A DNA stretch of 64,000 bases from contig NW_003314345.1 in NCBI RefSeq assembly GCF_000143415.4, positions 576,574-640,573 on the forward strand, given 5' to 3'. Numbering within the stretch: the stretch's first letter is position 1; each line of letters starts with the position of its first letter. The DNA is from Selaginella moellendorffii (lineage: Eukaryota > Plantae > Lycopodiophyta). A model generated the notes under the pieces. That model was given only the letters and a program-made list of their open reading frames with translations, had not been told where the DNA came from and did no database searches. Below, one piece after another: positions 22,251 to 34,600 of this stretch. A program made the position numbers and the translations under genes.

Positions 22251-25126
22251 GAGGTTGTGATTGACTAGCCTATACCTTTGAGAATACATTGATACATGCT
22301 ATTATTCATGGTTGGGATGAGAAATCTTAAATAATGTTTTAATGATCGAAGTAATATTATGATTTGCTCCCGTAAATGTTAAGTGATGTTTCAATAATTG
22401 AAGCAATATTGTGATTTGCTCCCATATTGAAGGTTTTCAATCTAAAAAGCCTTTTGTGAGCAAGCTCAATATCACGGGGGTTCCCAACACTAGCAAGTGC
22501 AAGTCAACGAATGAGTTTCTCTAACCAGGTCAAGTATGCTTGACTAAATAGACACTTAAGAATTCCTTCCTTATGCTCATCTGGTCAAGTGCACACGCAA
22601 GGACTAGTTTCTCAACTAGCTTAGGCGGAGACTGATAACGGGTCTAGCAATACCAACTTCCTGCCGTTGTGGTAGTAAGAAAAGAATATCCGAAAGGACT
22701 GACCGACAAGTAACTTTCGATACCCGAAATCACATTCGCGACACTCTCCCCCCCTTGGGAAGATCGACGTCCTCGTCGATGCATACTCCAGTCTAGAATA
22801 CTACCAAGGAAACAACTCTAGAAAAATTTCACGATATTCACACTATGTGAGAAATGCACCAACTTAAATGAGTGAGGAGGCAACCTCTTTGTCTAATGCG
22901 GATGCGCTACCAACTCAGACACCTTCTGGCCGTTGCCGACAAGGAAATGATCAATGGAGTCAGCCACTCTTGTTGCTCTGGGTGTCACCCAGCTTACAAA
23001 AGTGTGATACGCCCCTGCCTGCAGGGACATAGAGAGAGAAGCCAGAGGCCCCGACCCTCCTGAGCAAAGAAACTAAATCCGTCGGTAAGGTTTAGATAGA
23101 CTACTGTAAATAGGCAATTAGAGTTTTTTACACGGTCATGCAATTTCAACGGAATAAAAAACATCGACAGAGAGGTGGGTTATGTGACCAGTCGATAGTA
23201 ACTACCCCATGACTAAAGATTTCACTATGCACATGAAGTGCCGAAGCCAGTCTGCTTATACTAGCCCAAACTCAAAGATCAATATATGGATAATATCAAA
23301 GTTATAAACAATGATATCTTAGAGACTTAATTATCAGTGAATATATCTTAAATGAGAACACAAAAGTATTCCAAGTAAGTTATCAATCGATAAACTAGTA
23401 TTATAGTAGAGGAACCACCAAGATCACTATAGTTGAAAAATATAGGATTCACCATCCAACAAAATTCAATAGCAAGTATATCATCAAGTAAACCCAATGA
23501 GAAAACTTAACCATCGAAGATTGTAAACAGTATGCTAAACAACTTACCAAAGATAACTCAAAGAACACAAAGTATCCTTAACCGACAAGCACAATACTCG
23601 CGAATATATCATCCGAAGGAAATAACATCCTAATCTATCAGAACTAACCCAATCAAAAATTAACAGAACAGAATGAATATGCTAAGACTAACAAACACCC
23701 ATTCATGCCAATTATCATAGAAGTCAATCTGAATAAATTTTGGTCAACAATACAAAGGTACTTAAGTTACTTAAGCAGGTGTTAGCAACATTCTATTGAT
23801 ATCTCAAACCTAATAGACCAATCCAGAGCAAACCACAAAAAACATATAATATTGCAAAAAGCCATAAGCTATCAAAGAGAATAATTAACCATCATAAAAG
23901 ATTATCAATCATCCCATCATAAAGAGAGATGCATAATCATCATTGAAGAAAGAATCCACCATCCCGAAGAATAAAAAATCATTCTAGATTGACAATAATC
24001 AAGAAAAACTTTTTGATAAGGATAATCAACTATCCTAAATGATAGTCAATCATCACCAAAGATTGCTAGATGTGAAGCTAATGAGCCAAAATGCCTTCCC
24101 CAACAACTTCGAACAAATGGAATAATAAGCATGAAAATTCAAGGAACCAAAAGCTCAAAGAAGTTTATAGCTAAGTCTTGCCTAATAATGATCATGAGTC
24201 TCACATAAACCAACTTCAATGCTAAAGAAGAAATCATGATACAACCCACAATATCCTTTTCAACACTTCCATAAGCTAAATTTCGTAATGCAAAGCTAAT
24301 GAAGAGCATGTTTACATTAATCCAAAAGCTAAACATAATGAAGCTATGCTCAATAAGTGATCATTAAATCGATCCTCCATGAGTCCACCTTTAACAAGAT
24401 GTAACTCACTTTGTAACAAGCACAAGGAGAACCATCAGTGATTGATATATCCCAACTAAAATCCAACAAGGATTCAATCACTTCAATATCAATCACTAAC
24501 TTTTTCACTTGTAAGGTTAGCATAGTTCATGACTAAATTACTTTTCAAGGAAAAGCCAAAGCTCAACCCTCTACTAAATAATCTCGTCTAAAACACAACT
24601 AACTCAAACTTGCCACTCAATTCATTTGAACGTTAATACAGTTGCTAACTAGTAAATGCACAAATGCTAATAACACAAAGCCATAGCTAAATCATCAACA
24701 CTATCTTCATCAAGACTAATGAAACTCAATATCAATCCTACAGAGAAATATTTCATTTCACTCGAATCTCAACATCAATAATGTCAATGACAAGATATCA
24801 CTTCAATGCCATCAACACTATAACAAAGCTAGAAGAAAGCACAAGTGAATCACTACTCAAAACTCCCTAACAACTAAGCTAACCAAGGTCAAAGATACTT
24901 TACTCAGTATCCGAGACCAATCCTTCAACAATACTTAGCCACATATAACACTTTATCAAGGAGTGAATCACCACATCCAAGACTCAATGAAATCCAACAC
25001 TATGAACTAAATACAACCAAATGATATTGATAGAGGTAGAGTCATTATGTCAACTTGGAAAAACCATGCAAGTCTAACAACACAATCCTCCGCAACACCA
25101 TCTGGTAAAACAAACCCACTACTACT

Positions 25127-25387
25127 AAATCTTTATCAAGTGAAGCAAGTATCAACAATCTTCAATGAAATCTACAAGCAATCACTAATCACAAAGCAAC
25201 TAATAATCACTCTTCAACTTGCCTTCACAAGAACCAAACACCTAACTCCCGCCACGAAGTCACATGCGTTTAGTGTTTGGTTCTTGTGAAGGCAAGTTGA
25301 AGAGTGATTATTAGTCGCTTTGTGATTAGTGATTGCTTGTAGATTTCATTGAAGACTGTTGATACTTGCTTCACTTGATAAAGATTT
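25127..25387. repeat. Near-perfect ~115-bp inverted repeat (arms 25127-25241 and 25273-25387)
   Basis: aaatctttatcaagtgaagcaagtatcaac...gaaccaaacac versus gtgtttggttc...gatacttgcttcacttgataaagattt. Confidence 0.92.
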
Positions 25388-28166
25388 GCCACTAAGTTAT
25401 ATGCTTGGCCAACATGAATGTAATACCCCAGGTACGAGATAAAGGATCATGGACAAGCACAAACTAAATGACCACTCAAATCCAACTCAACTGGATAAGC
25501 TCACAAATATATTTAGCCAACAGCTCTGAGCATGTCTTGAAGAGGCTAGCTATGCATGATTAACACTTAGTCAAAACTAAAGTGAAGACCATAAGATGGA
25601 TTCATATTGGTACACAACTTTCTCATAGACAAAGCTATAGTACAGGTACTAACATCTCAACTGTAAACAACTAAGTTGGACATCACTATCTTCAGCCAAG
25701 GCGCAAAGCCACCAAAACCAAGTCAAGATCAGTGAGAGCTCACTATTTTTATAGAGTCTTAACAAAATGCAAAGTGCAATCTGCCACTGAGCATAATGCT
25801 ACAAAAGAAAAAGCACAAGGGTCACCTTTCTTAGAAAAGTGCAACGGCCACTTTTCTACACTAACTCAAAACTCTATCCAACTCAATTGTCTTAGTTTCA
25901 AAAGTCAGCATCCCTTTTGGGTTGCATCATACAAACTACTTACTAAAGTCTAACCTAACCAAAGTCAATTTCAACCCCTTCATTAGTTTGTACTGGCTTA
26001 CGAAAACAAAATGGTTTTTGGATAAAGTGTTAAACAGATCAGCCATTGGAGAAGCCTAAGAAAATTTGTGGAAAATTTTCCATCCTAGAGAAAGAATGAC
26101 TCTTAATCCAGGAATGCAAACTTTCAAGACTTAACCAACTTCCTCCTACTAACAACTTCACACAGGTTCACCTCAACATAAATTCTCAAGACCCATAGTA
26201 TGCCTAAGCCTCGAACATCATACCCATATTTCTAGATCAACACCGATATCCACAAAATGCAAAATAAACATCCAAAACTTGATCACGAAAACCATATCTT
26301 CAGATATCCATATTGCACTAACACTCTTTTTCAACCACCTTCGAGATCCAATGTGAAGCCAAAACACTAACAAGGAAAATGACATGGAAAATCAAGGTCT
26401 AAGGAAAATTCCTCATCACTCGAAATAACAATGCCACTTCCACTAACACAAGTGCTAGTGATGTCAATGCCCTAACTACACATTTTTTCTATCCAACAAT
26501 CTACCCCAACAAGCCATAGGAAGTGAATGCTATAACCCTTTCCAACACCTTATGGGCAAATCCTTCAAAGAACAAAGAACTAACTTAAGCTTAGCATAAT
26601 AGACCACTATTGAGAATCCAGTCAAAGCTATTACAATGTTACTTCATGCAAGTAGACTAGCTTCACCATCAACCATTATAGGGTTGATCATTGTTTAACT
26701 AAGCAACTTCGTAAAGACATTGTTCATTATCACATGGATATGATATAAGTATTACAATGATTTGATCATCAATTGAGCAACACCATGAGCAACACCCATG
26801 TCATTACTTCAAAGGTTCACGTGAGTATCAAGTGTCAAGTCGATTCAACAAAATGCAACATAAATGCCACACCCCACCAATAGAAACTTTTACACCCAAC
26901 ACCACTAACTTTTGTTCACAACATGGACAAGCTCATGCCACTCTCTATCTGACCAAATTCAAAACTAATCCAACACCAAGCTACTCAAAGAGCAATAGTA
27001 AGGTTCCCTGGAAAAGAATTGAGCATTGCAACCTAAGTCTTCCAATAGCGAGTCTATCCATCCCATAACTCACCACTTGTAAAACCATCACTTCCAACAT
27101 GCATCAAGGTAGGGACTCTTGATTGCATAATGTGAACATGAGCTATGAGTCAACACCTCGTTAAAAACTATCTCTCCAAAAAGAGAAAATGATTTACATG
27201 TTTGATCCTTCGTCCTTGTCGACTCTCTTTTCGGTTTCATCTTTGACTAAACCTCAAGCTTGCTTTTGCACTACCTTCAGTCCAATCCAAGAAAAGTTTA
27301 TTAGAGAGCACGGCAATGATTACTTAAACCAATAGACTAATCCCTATAGTCTTGATTGATCCACTCATAATCATGGCTAGGAAGGATCCACTAGTGCCAT
27401 GCTAAATAGCTATTGACCAGCCTATTTGCCACTCATAGTAAACTCAAGGAAGGTTTGATTTCACCTATGGTACATAGAACAACTCATGGAACCACTGATA
27501 GGCTAACATTAATCTTGCCAACTCAAAGTGTAACCTCGAGTTGCTAATGTGCCTCACTCATGAGCCCAAGCGCAAACTCGTGCAAACAGAACGTCTCAAT
27601 CTATCTTATGAGCCCAAGAGCAAGCTCACATTATTACGGTATAAAAAAGTAACCAAATATATACCCAAGGAACAATTGCGAAGCCTTCGCACCAAAACAT
27701 GTACCCACTCGGATCATTGTTTTCATCTCTACGTATGCAATGAGACTAGTTGCTCAATTTCATTGGATAGAACTTGCCGAGACTCATCCTTTGATACCAA
27801 ATGTAGCGCACATGGTTTTGACCCTTTATCCTATGGTGATTTACCATAGGATAACACCACGAAGCACAACCTAAACCCTCTATATGCCACATGACAGATG
27901 CCATGTGTCACATGCCATGTGTCTAAAGGAACGTGGTGTGGAACCTGAGTTTTAGAGCCTTGAGCCACTGAACGAAGGAACGGTGCTAAACTCCCAAGCA
28001 TGGAGCCAAGGAGTGATGGAATCGGACCACGGAGCAACTCCCGAGCATACAGCCCAAGGAGCTAAGGGAGCGAGTTGGATAGTCCTAGATATCCAGCATC
28101 CCAATGCCAAGACTAGCACGCAAACGGAGCCAATGAGTCGGGCAGCTAGTTCAAAAAACCCGGATG

Positions 28167-28631
28167 NNNNNNNNNNNNNNNNNNNNNNNNNNNNNNNNNN
28201 NNNNNNNNNNNNNNNNNNNNNNNNNNNNNNNNNNNNNNNNNNNNNNNNNNNNNNNNNNNNNNNNNNNNNNNNNNNNNNNNNNNNNNNNNNNNNNNNNNNN
28301 NNNNNNNNNNNNNNNNNNNNNNNNNNNNNNNNNNNNNNNNNNNNNNNNNNNNNNNNNNNNNNNNNNNNNNNNNNNNNNNNNNNNNNNNNNNNNNNNNNNN
28401 NNNNNNNNNNNNNNNNNNNNNNNNNNNNNNNNNNNNNNNNNNNNNNNNNNNNNNNNNNNNNNNNNNNNNNNNNNNNNNNNNNNNNNNNNNNNNNNNNNNN
28501 NNNNNNNNNNNNNNNNNNNNNNNNNNNNNNNNNNNNNNNNNNNNNNNNNNNNNNNNNNNNNNNNNNNNNNNNNNNNNNNNNNNNNNNNNNNNNNNNNNNN
28601 NNNNNNNNNNNNNNNNNNNNNNNNNNNNNNN
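28167..28631. other. Assembly gap (N run) inside an LTR
   Basis: 465 Ns. Flanking sequence looks low quality (homopolymer inflation). Confidence 1.
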
Positions 28632-29378
28632 GGGGTTTAACCCCAACCCGGTTGCATAAAAAAGCCAACCCCCCAAGGGGGGGTTAGATTATCCCCCGGG
28701 TGGTTAAGCCATGCCGGACCTACCCATTTTCTTTTTTATACTTTGGGAACCCTTAGAGCCCCCCCCCCCCCCCCCCTTCCCCTTTAGAAACACACACTTT
28801 GGGCTTTCACCCCAAGCCTCCTTTAATACCAAGAGTTAGTTTTTGGGACAAGCTCAAAACTTATTAAATATGGAATGGTGCTAGAATGCGAATTTAGACA
28901 CGGGATGAACACCATTATGTTCAGGCTAATCTTTACATTCCGTAGATATGCCAAATGAGTAAATCTAGACACTTTTCATAAATAGCATTTGAGACCAAAA
29001 TGAGATTAACACAAAAGGCATGATGGCGAAAGTGTTTGGCAGACACGGTAAGCTATCATTTAGCGAATATTGAGGGACCAAGCTCAATATTGCGGGGGTT
29101 CCCAACACTAGCAAGTGCAAGTTAACGAATGAGTTTCTCTAACCAGGTCAAGTATACTTGACTAAATAGACACTTAGAAATTCCTTCCTTATGCTCATCG
29201 AGTCAAGTGCACATGTGAGGATCAGTTTCTCAACTAGTTTAGGCAGAGACTGATAACGGGTCCAGCAATACCGATCTCCTGCCATCGTGGTAGTAAAGAA
29301 AGAATATCCGAAAGGATTGGCCGACAAGTAACTTTCGATACTCGAAGTCACATTCGTGACAGTTCCACTCAATAAAAG

Positions 29379-29680
29379 TGTAACCTCATGAATTTAGACT
29401 CCCAAGGAGATCATTTAGCACAGTAAGGAAAGAATGAAGCTTGACTCCACTCGATGTAATATAACCTCATGAATTTAAATTTCCAAAGAAGGCATCTATT
29501 TCAATACTATTTGGACTTCTTGGATAGTCATCTAATCCAATACTATTTAAACCCAAAAATGTTTAACTCCAAATATTCTAAAACCCTTAACCGGTTAAAA
29601 AAAAGGGTGCACTCTTATTTCATTTTATATTTAAACCCCTATAGATTATTTTTCACATCATTCTCTTTGGTTATGTATAT
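29379..29680 (-). mobile_element. Older degenerate relics of the 5S-containing (Cassandra-like) LTR
   Basis: ttggacttcttggatagtcatctaatccaatactat...aaaagggtgcact...ctctttggtt is collinear with 31427-31620. Repeated partial starts (t/a)gtaacctcatgaattt. Confidence 0.55.
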
Positions 29681-30930
29681 AAGATCTATTGAATTTGGTG
29701 ATCTAGTGACAAAGTCTAACGTTAGCTAATCCTTTAGAGCAAGAAAGTCAAAGTTGATTTAAATTTAGTGGTTGTCTTTTATTCAAGCACATCAAAATCT
29801 CTACTAATAATAAAAGATTCTTAAAGCCTAGCATTATTTCATAACAATTGTACATTATATTAGTACATAAAAGTAATAAAAATAATTAAAAGTACCCTAA
29901 AAGTACCCCATAATTTAACTAGTTTTGTGATATTTCTAAACTATTTATAAAATATTTTACCAAAATGTAATTGATTTTAATAATAAAAATTTTTAGATTT
30001 TGATCACTTTTTACTAGTTTTTATACCATTATAACATGCAATTGCCTTCATACACATTTGCTCTTTTATCCTAGCCACTTTTAGGAATATAGAGATAGAT
30101 AGAACCTTTCTGTCCCAATGGTTATATACTCTTATATAGGTACAAACAAACCTGCAAAACATGTATTATTATTTCATTTGAGTGCAATAGAATTATAGCT
30201 ATGGAACAAATAAAAGTAGTGGTGAGTTTAACATTTTCGTCTTTTGAGGTTTGGGCTGAAACATGTAATAGGATAGTATATCATAATATTTTCATCTATA
30301 TTCACAATATTACATTTATAACAAAGCATAAACTATTAATCAAATTGAACATTTGTTTTTCATTGTAACACACGTGGTTTTTACCCTTTATCCTATGGTG
30401 ATTTACCATAGGATAACCACAAAGCAGAACTTAAACTCTCCATATGCTATGTGTCATATGCCATGTGCCACATGCCATGTGTCCAAAGGACAGTGGTGTA
30501 AAACTCGAGTTTCGGCCTTGGGCCACTAAATGAAGGAACGATGCCAAACTCCTAAGCACGGAGCCAAGGAGCAATGGCACTAGAGCACAGAATGACTCCT
30601 AAGCATACAACCCAAAGAGCGAAATGACAAGGACTTGGAATAGTCCTAGAGCATTTAAAATCCTAATGCTAGAACCAACATGCAAAACAGAGTTAAATGG
30701 AGTTTGGCACTATTTTAGCATACTGAAGGATATGGGTACTCCACCAACTAGCATAGTATAGAACTTAGGCTTAAACCTAAGCCAAATGCAAAACAAGGAC
30801 AGACACATAAGTGGGAGCTAAATTATGCCTTAGGTTAGTCAGTTATGTTCAACTTACCCACTATCTATACTATATATTTGAGGAACACATGCTTTAAGCT
30901 TTCACCCTAAGGCTCCTTTAGTATTAAGAG

Positions 30931-31380
30931 TTAGTCTTTGGGACAAGCTCAAAACTTACTAAATATAGAATATCCTTAGATTCCAAATTTGAATACAAGA
31001 CAAACACTATTATGTTCAGAACAATCTCTATATTCCGTAGATATGCCAAATGAGCAAGTTTAGACACTTTTCATAAATAGCTAGTCGTTGGGACAAGCTT
31101 AAAACTTACTAAATGTAGAATATCCTTAGATTCCAAATTTGAACACGGGACAAACACCATTGTGTTCAAAACAATCTCTATATTCCGTAGATATGCCAAA
31201 TGAGCAAGTTTAGACACTTTTCATAAATAGTTAGTCTTTGGGACAAGTTCAAAACTTACTAAATATAGAATATCCTTAGATTCCAAATTTGAACATGAGA
31301 TGAACACCATTGTGTTCAGAACAATCTCTATATTCCGTAGATATCCCAAATGAGCAAGTTTAGACACTTTTCATAAATAG
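30931..31380. repeat. Three tandem 150-bp units inside the LTR
   Basis: tagtctttgggacaagctcaaaacttactaaat...agacacttttcataaatag repeated at 30931, 31081 and 31231. Single copy in the other LTRs. Confidence 0.9.
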
Positions 31381-31426
31381 TATTTGAGACCGGAATGAGA
31401 CTAACACAAAAGGCATGATAACAAGG

Positions 31427-31620
31427 TGTAAGCTCCTAAGTTTGGACTTCTCAAGAGGTCACCCAGCCCAATACTATTCTAACCCAAGGACACTTAACCC
31501 TAAATATCCCAAGACTCTTAATCGATTGGAAAAAAGGGTGCACTTTTATTCATGGGCCCTTTCCCTTTATATTTGAACCCCATGGATTGTCTTTCAAGTC
31601 GTTCTCTTTGGTTGCTTACA
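31427..31620 (-). mobile_element. Cassandra-like TRIM solo LTR containing a 5S rRNA-derived segment
   Basis: 194 bp, termini TGTAAGC...GCTTACA, perfect 5-bp TSD CAAGG (31422-31426 and 31621-31625). Minus strand 31499-31444 reads ggttaagtgtccttgggttagaatagtattgggctgggtgacctcttgagaagtcc, matching the 5S internal control region. Confidence 0.85.
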
Positions 31621-34600
31621 CAAGGGTGTTTGGCAAACACGGTAAGCTATCATTTAGTGAATATTGAGGGACCAAGCTCAATACTGCAAAAGTTCCTAAC
31701 ATTAGCAGTGCAAGTCAACAAATGAGTTTCTCTAACCAAGTATACTTGACTAATAGCAGTTAGGAATTTTGTTCTTATACTCATCTGGTCAAGTGTACAC
31801 ATGAAGACCAGTTTCTCAATTAGTTTAGGCAAAGACTAATAATGGGCCTAGCAATACTAGCCTCTTATCATTGTGGCAGTAAAGAAAGAATATCTGAAAA
31901 GACTAGCCGACATATAACTTTTGATACCTGAAGTCATATTCATGACACTCTCCCCCTCTTAAGGAAGATCAACATCCTTATCGATGCATACTCGAGTCTA
32001 GACCATCGGTAAGGAAACAACTCTAGAAAAAGTTCATGGTGATCACACTATATGAGAAATACACCAACTTAAATGAGTTAAGGTAACCTCTTTATCTAAT
32101 GCAGATGCGCTATCAACTCAGACACCTTCTGGCCGTTGCCGACAAGGAAATGATCAATGGAGTCAGCCACCCTTGCTACTCTGGGTGTCACCCAGCTTAC
32201 AAAAGTGTGATACGCCCCTGCCTGTAGGGACATAGAGAGAGAAGCCAGAGGCCTCAACCCTCATGAGCAAAGAAACCAAACCCATCAATAAGGTTTAGAT
32301 ATACTATTGTAAATAGGTAGTTAGAGTTGTTTACATGGTCATACCTTTTTAATGAAATAAGGAACATCGACAAAGAGGTGTGATGTGACCAATTGACAGT
32401 AGCTACCCCATGACTAAAGATTTCACTATACACACGAAGTGCCAAAGTCAATCTGCCTATACTGACCCAAACCCAAAGATCAATAGATGGATAATATCAA
32501 AGTTAAAGATAATGATATCTTAGAGACTTAAGTATCAGTGAATAAATCTTAGATTGGAACATAAAAGTATTCCAAGTAAGTTATTATCTGATAAACTAGT
32601 ATTAGAGTACATGAACCACCAAGATTAGCATGATTGAAAAACATAGAATTTACTATCCAACAAAATTCAATAGCTAGTGTATCATCAAGAATACTCAATA
32701 ATAAAACTTAACTATCAAAGATTGTAGATAGCATGCTAAACAACTTACAAAAGACAACTAAAATATCACAAAGTATCATCAACTAGCAAGCAAAATGCTC
32801 GCAAATATATCATTCGAAGGAAATAACATTCGAATCTATCAAAGCTAACTTAAACAACAATCAATAGAATAAAATAAATGCGGTAAAAACCAACAAACAC
32901 TTGTTCATGCTAACTATCACACTAGCTAATCTGTATAAATCATGATCAATAATACCAAAAAATCAAAGTTGCTCAAGCAAGTGTCAGTAACATCTTAACG
33001 ATATCTCAAGCCCAAGAGACCAATCCAGAGCAAACCACAAAGAATATATGGTATTGCAAAAAGGCATAAGCCATCAAAGAGAACAACTAATTATTATGGA
33101 AGATCACTAATCATCCCATTAATAAAGAGATACACAATCATCATTGAAAAAGAATCCACCATCCCAAAAAATGGCACATCATTCTACATTAACAACAATC
33201 AAGCAAAACCTTTGACAAAGATAATTAACTATTTTAAACGATATTCAATCATCTCCAATGATTACTAGATGTAAATAGTAACAACATCAAAGCTAATGAG
33301 CCAAAAATGCCTTCTCTAACAACATCTAACAAATGGAACAATGAGCACAAAAACTTAAGGAACCAAAAGTTTGAAGAAGCCTATAGTTAAATTTTTTCTA
33401 ACAAATGATCACAAGTTTCGTAAGAACTAACTTCAATGCATGAAGAAATCATGGTACAACCTACAATATCTTCCTCAACACATCTATAAGCTAAACTTCA
33501 TAATGCTAAAGCTAATGAAGAGCATATCTGCATCAATCCAAAAGTTAAGTATAACAAAGCGATGCTCAACAAGTGATTATTTAATCAATCCTTCATGAAT
33601 CCATCTTCAGTAAGACGTAACTCACTTTACAACAAGCACAAGAAGAATTATCAATGATCAATATACCCCATCTTAAATCTAATAAAGATTCAAACATTCC
33701 AATATCGATCACTAACTCTTCCTTTCGTAAAGTTAGCATTGTCCACGACTAAATCACTTTTTAAGGAAAAGCTAAAACTCAACCCTTACTAAATAATCTC
33801 TTCTAAAACACAACTAACTTAACTTGTCACTCAGCTCATTGAATGCCAATATAGTTGCTAACTAGCAAATGCACTACTGCCAATAACATAAAGTTATAGC
33901 CCAAGCATCAACACTATTTGCATCAAGACTAATGAAACTCAATATCAATCTTACGGAGAGACATCTCATCCCACTTGAATCTTAACAATAATAATGTCAA
34001 TGACAAAGCATCACTTCAATGCCATCAATACTAGGACAAAGCTAGATGAAAGCAAGAGTGAATCACCACTCAAAGCTCTCAAGCAATGAAATTAACCAAA
34101 ATCAAAGATACATTAATCAGTATTTGAGACCAATCCTCTAACAACATTCAGTTACAGATAATATATCATTAAGGAGTGATTCATCACATCCAAGACTTTA
34201 TGAAATCCAACACCACAGACTAAATGTAACCAAATGATATTAACAAAGGTAGAATCGACATGCTAACATGGAAAACCCATGTAAGTTTGAAGGACACAAT
34301 CCTCCATAACACCATTCGGTAAAGCAATTCTATCATTGCTAAATTATTATCGAGAGAAGCAAGTGTCAACAGTCTTCGACAAAGTTTACAAACAACCATT
34401 AGTCACAAAACAACCAATAATCATTTATTAGCTTACCTTCATAAAACCCAAACACCAACTCTTATCATCAAGTTATATATTTGTCCAACATGAACGTGAT
34501 ACCCTAGGTACGAGATAAAGGTTCATAGACAAGCACAAACTAAATGACCACTCGAATCCAACTCAACCATAATAAGCTCATTAATGCGTTTTAGCTAATA

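Larger units (their letters stand above)
22460..29361 (-). mobile_element. Non-autonomous LTR retroelement copy A (LARD-like, gypsy/chromovirus-type ends): truncated 3' LTR 22460-22743, internal 22744-27801, 5' LTR 27802-29361
   Basis: On the minus strand, PPT aagggggggagag abuts TGTCGCG at 22743 and PBS TGGTATCA (tRNA-Met) is at 27799-27792. The LTR has TG...CA ends. No gag/pol ORF is recognisable in the ~5 kb internal region. Confidence 0.8.

Noticed and set aside
22625-22700. Hammerhead-ribozyme-like CTGATAA...GAAA in the LTR
   Set aside because: The core is CTGATAA rather than CTGANGA in the copies, and the required stems are absent.
27952-28687. ORFs of 158-238 aa in the track
   Set aside because: Artefacts of translating through the N gap.
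29797-29815. Helitron-like 5' end (a|TCTCTACTA)
   Set aside because: No matching 3' hairpin + CTRR end could be identified with confidence.
30931-31380. CRISPR-like periodicity
   Set aside because: Full-length 150-bp tandem units without unique spacers, in a eukaryotic LTR, with no cas genes.
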